DNA of 64,000 nucleotides. Source: Trichoplax adhaerens (lineage: Eukaryota > Animalia > Placozoa). Each line of letters begins with the position of its first letter. The first letter of the stretch is position 1. This document shows positions 54,792 to 64,000 of this stretch, piece by piece. The stretch is from positions 5,741,102 to 5,805,101 of the forward strand of contig NW_002060944.1 in NCBI RefSeq assembly GCF_000150275.1. The letters are read 5' to 3'. The position numbers were made by a program, and so were the translations under genes. The notes below the pieces were generated by a model. That model searched no databases and was not told the DNA's origin. It saw only the letters and a program-made list of their open reading frames with translations.

Positions 54792-57700
54792 ATGGATATT
54801 ACCGTGACAGAACCTGAGAAAAGAGTGGTCAATACCGACATGCTAAAAGATACTTTTATGGTCTATCTAGTCCAAACAAAGTACAGTATATAATCTACAT
54901 ATGCAATATAGCTCCATCATCTAACTAGAATTATTATGAACTCGTGGTTCTACGCGTTCTATTTGACATAGAAAGAAAATTTTACTTTAATTAGAAAGTT
55001 TCGTGATCGTTTACCGCTACTATCGAAATTTCAATTCCCTTACATCAGCTTAATCTATCAACCGAGAAATAATTTAATGACACTATCTCTGCATTGCCAT
55101 TGCAGAACAAATTGTAGTCAATTACTAATGTAGTAAACGAATTAGCACGTATCTAGCGTATAATTTTAGTATAATACTTTGATTAGATGCACGGGCCATG
55201 GAGGACCTGACGATTTCGAGAAAGGAACTCACTCTGTTTGGAGACGTTATAGTGAATTCGATCTGTTGCGAAATTATTTTAACGTAACTTACCCATACGT
55301 AAGTTTATCATTTTTTCTACCTATTGATTGAATATAAATATATAGAAAATTGATAAATGCAATTTGTAAAGAGCAGACGAAACTATTACTCTAAATCTGC
55401 CTATAAGGATTCTCTTATAATTGTACTGACTTCTACTCAAATATAATTTAGATTATTATCCCACCTATACCGGAGAAGAAGGTAGGGCAATCAAGATTTA
55501 TCTTAATAAATGACTGACTACCATAAATTCAATTTAAATCGCCATTATACTAAAGTTGTATCATAACGTCGATAACTGTTTACGCGCGTCAAAGAAATAC
55601 ATATAATCTCTTTCTTGGCTTATTTTTATAACGTCTAAGTTACCATCGTTTCATATGAGCTGGAAAAATATCACTACAGACACATTCGATCAAGATTTTA
55701 TTGAGAGAAGGAGAAGCGGTCTTGAGGTAGCGTTTACTGTGATTCGAAAATAGCAACTTACCCCACTTTGTTACGATTCAAAAATGATAATTATCAAATC
55801 ATAACATCAAGATTTATCATTTTCATTTAATATCTAACCATGCTCCTCCTATACGAAGGCATTCCTTCATCGTGTAGCACAACATCCAACTCTATGTCAA
55901 GATAGAATTTTTCACTCTTTCTTACAAAAGGTCAGCGTTATTTTCTACATCAAAATCATATTCTATCAATCTTCGATTATCGTTACTGTAGCTGAATGAT
56001 TATTATTCCTTACTTGCATCATCACCTTGTTAATGTATTACAGGAAGAAGGCTGGAAAGAAGTCATTCAATCAACTAACTTTCAATCAAAAGTAAGTGCG
56101 AAAGCTACAATGATTTATGGAAACATTCGATAACCTTTTATTTTAAAGCTATGTTATACTAAACTAAATAATAAGTTCACTTTCTCAACTACTTAACAAA
56201 TCAATTTAATTTCATACAGGCTGATAGTCGCATTCATAAGTTAAATTCCTACTTCAGAGTACAACGAGTTGACAAGTAAGGATTGAAATATTGTTGAGTT
56301 TAAGTATTAACTACCTGTATAATTTCAAAGAATGGAAAGAAAAATTATTTGAATTTGTCTCTATAATCTCATAAATTGCATTGAACTATTGCGTTGTATT
56401 ATATAATTAATATCTTTTGAGTTGTTTAATATTGATTATATTCAATTAAACGGGTTAAACATGATCTAATATATCAAATATCTTGATATTAATTTATTGA
56501 AAAAGGAAACATTGTACTCAGCAGTTTATCTAGATTTTAATATATATTAGAAACTATATCATTTATTGTCTATCAAGCCTGGTAATATCTAACGTTAATC
56601 AGAATAGATTAGAACCGATCAATTATATCATATAATGTGCTGTAATATAAGATTGAAAGGAAGATTTTGTACTTGATGTTGGACTTTTCTATTACAGGCG
56701 ATTCGGTGATTTGAGGCATTATGCGGATAACCTTCATAATAATATTGCTGCAATCCTTCGAATTCGCCATGTAAATTGCGAATAATTATAATTAAAACAT
56801 GAGAATCAATAGAGCTCTAGTTATGCTAAGATTTAATAAGTTTAATGTATATTGGTTTTAACAACGAGTATTAATGTATGGTATCTTATGAATTTATCAT
56901 CGCTCAAAACTCTGTAGAGAATGGTCAATTCGGTATTTTTCATTTATAAAGGCCATCGTCATTATGGCTCTATGTTTAGGTAAAATACACAAATAGAGAA
57001 CTCTATAAAAGTTTTAATTTTAGCCAAAATCGTTATCGCATAACTGATTACTACTTGCTCTTACCTTTCCAGTGATTGGGCTTCCATGGAACCAGAAATG
57101 GTCTCATCTTTGCATACGGTGGCAAGAACGATGGCTAGGTTTCTTACTCTCGATATTTGATAAACTTGGACTTACTTTAGCTAGATTTATACTAATTTCA
57201 TAATCATACGCAAATTCCTTCCTATCAATATTATTTTGTTATAGAGAACAGATGACTAACTAATCACTCTATCATATTTTATATTTCGTAGCTTTTCTGA
57301 TTCAATTACCGGCGTTTTGGAGGACGAGGAGCTAAACTTCCATGATTTACTTAAGGAATATATGTTATATGCGGATTCGATCAGGTCTTTTTGTCGATCA
57401 TTATTGACTTGATCTACAAGTAAGATCACGTTATGACATTTAACATTTTTCATGCTATAATGACCAGGAGTATCACCAAAAAACATGAAATTCTCCAGTT
57501 TGAAATCGAACGTAGTGAAGAAGCATTAGTAAACAAAAGGAAATTAAGGGATGAAAGTGGCCTATCTGTATGTTGATAACATTAATCAGTATTATATCTT
57601 TTTTGTCAACTGCATTGTAATTATAAGAGTTTAAATTTTAAATATGGCTATAATATTCATCGATGGATATCATACAAGGCTGATAATAAAATATTGACTA

Positions 57701-58923
57701 ATTATCAATCATAGCAGTCAAAATCTTCATCTTCAACATCAGATAATGTAAGCCAACCTGATGAAGATGCCGAGCAACAAGATGAGCATTCAAGTGAAGA
57801 TAGCGAAGAGCAAAAGCAATCAACGGGCCCAGAAGATGAATCGTCCCAATCAGTTGCTGTAAGATTACTTAAAAAAATCACCAATAATTTTAATCGCTCA
57901 TCGTAATCTATATTTGCTCGCATAATTAAAATATTGACTTCATAGAGGCTAAAACTCAATAGCTTCATTAACACTTAGCTATGATTTAATTCTTTTACTG
58001 GTGTCTAACCCTTTTCATTGCGATCACTACTTGCACTAAGAATTACTTTATTTAGCTACATTACATTTTTATGCAGCATTTTTAATATTAGACCCGCAAA
58101 TCATCATATCCCATGATGTATAATAATGCTTAAATTTGTTACCGACGAGAGCTATTCCTTGTGCAATGTACTGCATATTCTAATCTTTTTTGCTCTCATA
58201 AAGCAGTTCATCAATTCTACCAATTTACCCATCCTTCTATCAGTCACTCATTATATCATTATTACTATTAGAATGTACATGCAGAAATTTCGACAATATA
58301 TTACATCTAAAAATTTTATATCTTTAATTAAAGCAAAAACCTCGGTCAGCCATGGTTAGTAATGTAGTTGGTGGAATTGGTAAAGTTAGCCGTGGTTTTG
58401 GCTCAGTTAGGCGTAAGGTTCAAAATAAAGTTTTCGGCGAAGACGCACCTGAGATTAAGGAAAATAAACTAAAGGCTATAGATGATAACATCAAAGAATT
58501 AGAAAAGACGCTAGATGAACGTCGACTAGAAGCCAAGTAATAAATTAATTTGATTCACAACTTTTTGAACCTTCGTAATGTCTGGAATTTTTTGGGATTT
58601 ATTGTCCAAAGTGTTTTATCCTTTCTACTTGGCATTAAATCTTAAGTTACTTTGTTGTTTTATAATAACTTCAATTATTAGAAATTTTGGCGAAAAAGCG
58701 AACGAAGATTTAGAAAGGTTTTATTTGCAGAGAGATAACGATATACGAGAACTTTTAATGAATTATGTCAGCATGCAAATTGATGTTTGCAAGAAGGCAA
58801 GTTAAATGGACAGTTACTTAGTCTTTTGACTCTTGATCTGCGTTATTTAATTTCCATTCTTTCCCTCTAAAATAGGGTCTTATAACATGGCAAGTCATGA
58901 AAGAATCATTTGGCTCTTTATAA
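54792..58923 (+). CDS. SNX4: Sorting nexin-4 (PX-BAR); the true N-terminus is probably further upstream
   Basis: ITVTEPEKR, SVWRRYSEFDLLRNYFNVTYPY|IIIPPIPEKK, DTFDQDFIERRRSGLE|AFLHRVAQHPTLC, QSK|ADSR, FGEDAPEIKENK and MQIDVCKK|GLITWQVMKESF. Confidence 0.92.
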
Positions 58924-59532
58924 ATCATATAAAGCTGTTAAAAATACGGAAGGAAATATAGTAAATGCAATTAGTTATCCTTATTATACTCGTATGATCG
59001 AAAAAATCTGTCTAGCGATTGATTACAATAATGGTATTTGTTGTTTTTTTATCAAGTTAGCAATTTTATTGAAATTGATATTAATCTAGCTAAGCAGTAG
59101 CTCAGTTTGAATCTATATACAGATGAGTTCGATAGATGAATTTTCCATAAATCGTATATTTTGTGTAAAACATCATCGTAATCTAAACGCACGCAATATA
59201 TCAAATGGTACACACTAAAAATGCTGCTTAAGGCTGAAGCTGTGAAGCCATTATAAATACTATAAATTGAAGGCAAATACGTTTGATGCCTACAAAATAA
59301 TCAGAATGGATGCCAACAGTATACAGATTCATTTAGAGACTTTCTAAGTATAAAACTACCAATTTAAACATTTGTTTATTATAGAACTTACTTTTATAAT
59401 CCATTCAATCTTACTAATTGTGACAAGAATAAAATTACTATTAGAAATTCGTCATCAGAAGCAGATTATTATTATACATTGTACATACGAATGCAATAAT
59501 TCAAAAATATACTGTTACTATTTAATTCCAGT

Positions 59533-62500
59533 TCAATCGTCATCATCACTATCTAATATTTGCCGTAATTTTTTCTTCCTTTTCATCATTATTCTCTCAT
59601 TGTCGGAGTCGTTACTTGCATCTCGCTTAATTGTATTTACATCATCTTCCATCTCTTCCTCGTTGCTACTTGAATCATCGCTCATAAATGATTTCGGGAA
59701 ATTTATTTCTTCAATGATTTCACGTTTCTCAATCGGGTTAATATTCTTTGAATTTATATTGTCTAATTCTTAATAACACAGTAACAAAGCAAAAAGTAAT
59801 AATTACAAAGATGTGATTCACTTTCCTTCTATCCAAATGGTAGATTATAGCTACTTATGGAGTAAAAGACAATATTTTACAATTAGGGCTTAGAAAACCT
59901 TGTATTATGGTAGACTTTAAAGACTCCAACTTCTTAGTTGAATAACTAGATGGAATATACCAAATAATATCCTAATAAAGATAACAACGCATTGGTTACT
60001 ATCAGTTTGTTACAACATATATGGCAAGATACAATGGAATATAATCGGTATAATTACATCTTCATCGAATCTGCTTAAGAATCCAATAAAATATAACAAT
60101 TCTTGGGTAACTGCGCTTTTAAATATTTCTTCGTTATTGGTAATAATTGATTCAAGATCAATTTCATCTTGATTTTCTATGATTCGACAATTGTTTTCAT
60201 AATAATATAATTATGCTGCAGAATCTAATAATTTGAAATACGAGTATATGTATGCATCCCGCACCTCCTTGTTTTCGTGTAGTAATTGCAAACTGAAGAC
60301 ACTGTACCACAGCATCGATGACTTCTTTATTTACTAAATCACCCAAAAATTATTTCATATATCAGCTGATGTTATTTAATTTGGCAACAAATTCTAGCAT
60401 TTCTCAAGTCGACGTATGTATGTTGCCTAACATAAAAATGTAGAACACCTTACCTGTTGTAATAACATCATTTATTAAATCATGCAACTCTTCTACGTCA
60501 ACATCTGCATCTTTATCAGTTTGTTGGTCTTCAATTTCGTATTCTTCCAATGATTCATGGTTAAACTAAAAAAAAACACTATCAGTTTGCTCACAAAGCC
60601 TATCAGTATCACATCGAGTGAATAGTAGGTATTGGTAAGCACGAACTTCTCGTCCAGGAACAGGTGCACTTTTCTTTCGTTTTCGAAGTCGGTCACGATC
60701 AGTAACAGTACCTGACGTTAACAATTTCCTTCGTATCTGTTTAAATGAGGTTACATACGCATATAAGTAGATCAAATTTGGTATATACAGTATGCAGTTC
60801 GGTGTAACAAGAACCAAAAGTCAGATGCTAATATTTTAAGCAAACATGTGACAGCTAACCTGAGCCCTGCCCTTGTCGCTAAATTCCACAAATTCGCTCA
60901 ATATATTACCGATAATATCTATAACGTGACAATAGCATTTACTACGTTAGTTTTACCTGCATTGGTTGAGAAACAATGCAGGTTTAATTGTATTAATCAG
61001 TAATTTTACTAACCGTCAGAATCTTCGTGTTTTCGATACAATTCGATTAATTTACTTTCTTCCTCTTCGGACCAAAAGCCTTTTGTTTTACGTTCCTCCT
61101 TCTCTTTACTACGATACACGAGAGTAACATACTGTATTACAAGATAATAAAAAAATCCATTTCAGTCATAACAAGTTACCTTAAACTTCCATAGCCTTCA
61201 GTAATTTCGTAACAATCGCCAGCACTTTTCCAAAACAAAGTCTCAACGTAAACGACGGGATTTGATTTTGTCGTTTCAAAAAACCGCGACAATATATAAT
61301 TTACGAAGGTAACCAGCTCCTATCACGAGAATATAAACAAAATACACATTAAGTACTCTTTGGATAATTTTTCGAAATTTAAAAATTTTGATAATTATAT
61401 TATTGACCTTATATCTGTCCAATGGTGGTTCACTTAATATTTTATTGAATATTAAGAAAAGTCTTAATTGGTATAGCATTGCATGCATGCGGAAATCATG
61501 CGCAATGCGGTAGAACCATTTTACGATATAATGATTTACTGAATCATCATTTTTATCATAGGTTGATAATAAATCGACATAATGCCTTAGGACCTTCGAA
61601 CTAGTGAACCTACAAAGAATTAGATTAAAAAATAAATGGGTGAATTTTTAGTCGAGCTAAGTCTACTAGATATGTTAATAGCTGTACTTTTTCAAATAGT
61701 TCATTAGGTTAAAATTTTTTTCGACTCCGTTTTGTAAAACAAAGTCTTCCTCTAAAATAAGTGGTAAAATCATAAAAGTTACATTAGACAAAGCATTATA
61801 ATCATTAGGTTTAGTACTGGTAACAACAGCAATACGAGTATACAACCTTCAGAGCTTGAAATATCTTTCGCCTTGTTTTCTATTGCATAGTCGAATGAAA
61901 ACGTTTTACAATTCAGTCAGTGTCGGTCTTTTAATAGACGATCGATTTCATAGTAATACTAATTTTGATTGAAAGTACAGTAATAGTATACCTTTTGCTA
62001 TATAAATATTTTTAAGGCATAATAATTCTTCTTCGTTATTTGCATTATTTTGTCCAAAGTCTTCAACTTTATCGGGTAGTTTATTTCTGCAAATTCTCAA
62101 AGTAGCTATAGCTTCACTATAGCGGCTTTCAACTAAACAGTTCCTGATTTCTTCCTTGGCAGCGCCACTAAATTAAAGAATGGCATGAGCACTCGTGTAA
62201 TAGCTTCCTAGTTTTTACAACAGCACTATACGGTACGTCCACAATCAAATTCAGTTATCCAGATAAAGCTTACGGTAATTCAGAAATAGGCACACCATCC
62301 AAGGCTGGAATGAATATTTCAAGATTCTCAAAAGTTGATAAGGTATGAGTGATCTCTTTCGATAGGTTTTCCCATTCAGCAGTCAACTGCTTAGAGGCTG
62401 TATTAATAGAGAGGACAGAATATTAACACTATAATAGGTTGATGATAGGGAAAATTTTTCTACCGGAATCTTTCTTTGACTTCTTTTTCATTTTTCTTTT

Positions 62501-63950
62501 TTTCTCCTGAGAATATGTGTGTTGTAATATGAGCAATATTATTAAAAATTTTATAAAATTTTTTTAGCCGCTTCCGGGCAAATAAACAAGGTATAAAAAG
62601 CGAACATAACGAAATTGCATTACAATTCGAATATACCTTAACCATTACTTGACCATTTTTAGAGCATTGTTTTTCAATCATCTTTAAATATATATGAGTG
62701 ACCGTAATAATTTCCATCAGATATGATCTGGGATAAAATAATCAAGATAAGTATTTAAATAATGGTGCCACGGTCTTCACTTCACCAATAGAGAAGTAAG
62801 ATATACACGTAGCAAACATACCTCGTTTGCCTAGTTGGATCATATTTTGTTAGCAGCATAAGTGGTATCTCTCGGAATTCAGGCATATATAATATATTGC
62901 CTAAAAATTTGAAGAGACACTATTATAGCACGTTTATAAAAAAATCAATCGCATTACTTTTTATTACTTTTTATAATTTTCGCATTCTCATTAAGACAAT
63001 GATCTTCAATTTGTTCCATAGCTATAACGTTAAGAAGCAACTCCTTGTAAGCACTGACGACATAGTGCATCCTGTTAGGAAGAGACGTAAATATTCATTA
63101 TGATATATACCAATATATATATATATATATTATTACACTTTAGCAACTGCTAAGTATGACATTCTTGTTATGCAATATGTAGTCTTACCGTCTAGCCCAT
63201 GGAATACTATCTTCCTTATTACTTATTAGCCCGTCATAGGCATTATAAATATTTTGGCAAGTAAAATGGAATATTGGCATTGATAACGTCTCACTAAGGT
63301 AAAAAAGGTAGATATAAGATTATCTTGGCCTATTTGCAACCTAAGGTGTTCTATATAACACAGAGCGTCAGATTGTCAACCTAATTAATGCCACTTGAAG
63401 TGATTTATGGCGATTAAATTCCATGAAAAACCTAAAATGTAACGATATTACGTTTCGGGATAAAATACCTATTTCAAACCTGATCAGAAATTGCTAAAAA
63501 AATCCTATAATAAATCCTACTTCATCATCTTAAAGTAATATGTTTCGTCATTTTGCTGGGATTTGTTATGCATCAATTTATTCTATTAAATTTAGTAGAA
63601 TATTAATGAAGAGTAGATGTGATATTAGATCCTAAAGTTCTTCTAATTCGAAAACAGACACAGAAGAACAAAAAATCATTCTACTTACACGAACGTTATT
63701 CATCAAGGAATTATAGCAATAATCCAAAAATTGAACGCAAAATGTTTTAAGGCTCAACCTATACAAATCCAGAAAATTTTTAAAGAAATTTATAATAAAG
63801 TGTGTAAATGTTTACCAAAAGCCTAAGGCTGGTTATAATACCTTATTACTAATGGTGATTCACGAACTCTCGCATGCTCCACGGCTGGAAGTTTCCTTTT
63901 AGGAACTCGAGGAATGCTCTTATTGCAATCAAATGACATCTTTTTGGCAT
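59533..63950 (-). CDS. TIMELESS: Protein timeless homolog (TIMELESS/Timeout), 5' part outside the window
   Basis: QQNDETYY, FFMEFNR, SETLSMPIFHF...WARR|MHYVVSAYKELL, NILYMPEFRE, VNHYIVKWFYRIAHDFRMHAMLYQLRLF and ETLFWKS...EITEGYGSL, then an HTH repeat, a PAB-like domain and an acidic tail. Confidence 0.93.
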
Positions 63951-64000
63951 CTATATCACAAATATGTTACTATGCATATGACATTGTCCTAGACATGTAG

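Overview
AT-rich, gene-dense eukaryotic DNA with many short spliceosomal introns and animal-type genes. It most likely comes from a non-bilaterian animal with a compact genome such as a placozoan (Trichoplax-like); this is an inference from composition and gene structure. I reconstructed 15 protein-coding genes by hand-splicing: TELO2 (3' part), TMEM186, SIRT7, KDELR, SPMAP1/C17orf98, ATPSCKMT, LZTFL1, an O-fucosyltransferase-family gene with an intronless CDS, STRAD, a PH + 7xRCC1 protein, EIF4B, a FYCO1-like gene, SNX4 and TIMELESS (5' end outside the window). No tRNA, rRNA, transposase or CRISPR was found. The most interesting region is 32.2-41.7 kb. A STRAD that keeps the beta3 Lys and HRDxKxxN catalytic loop is divergently paired with a gene whose PH + RCC1 architecture resembles plant PRAF/RLD proteins. 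Between them lies a 7-unit, 129-147 bp tandem array carrying one RFX X-box-like dyad per unit. A second theme is dense palindromic TACAGTA/TACTGTA clusters sitting just upstream of several gene starts. All family assignments come from recalled motifs, not database searches.
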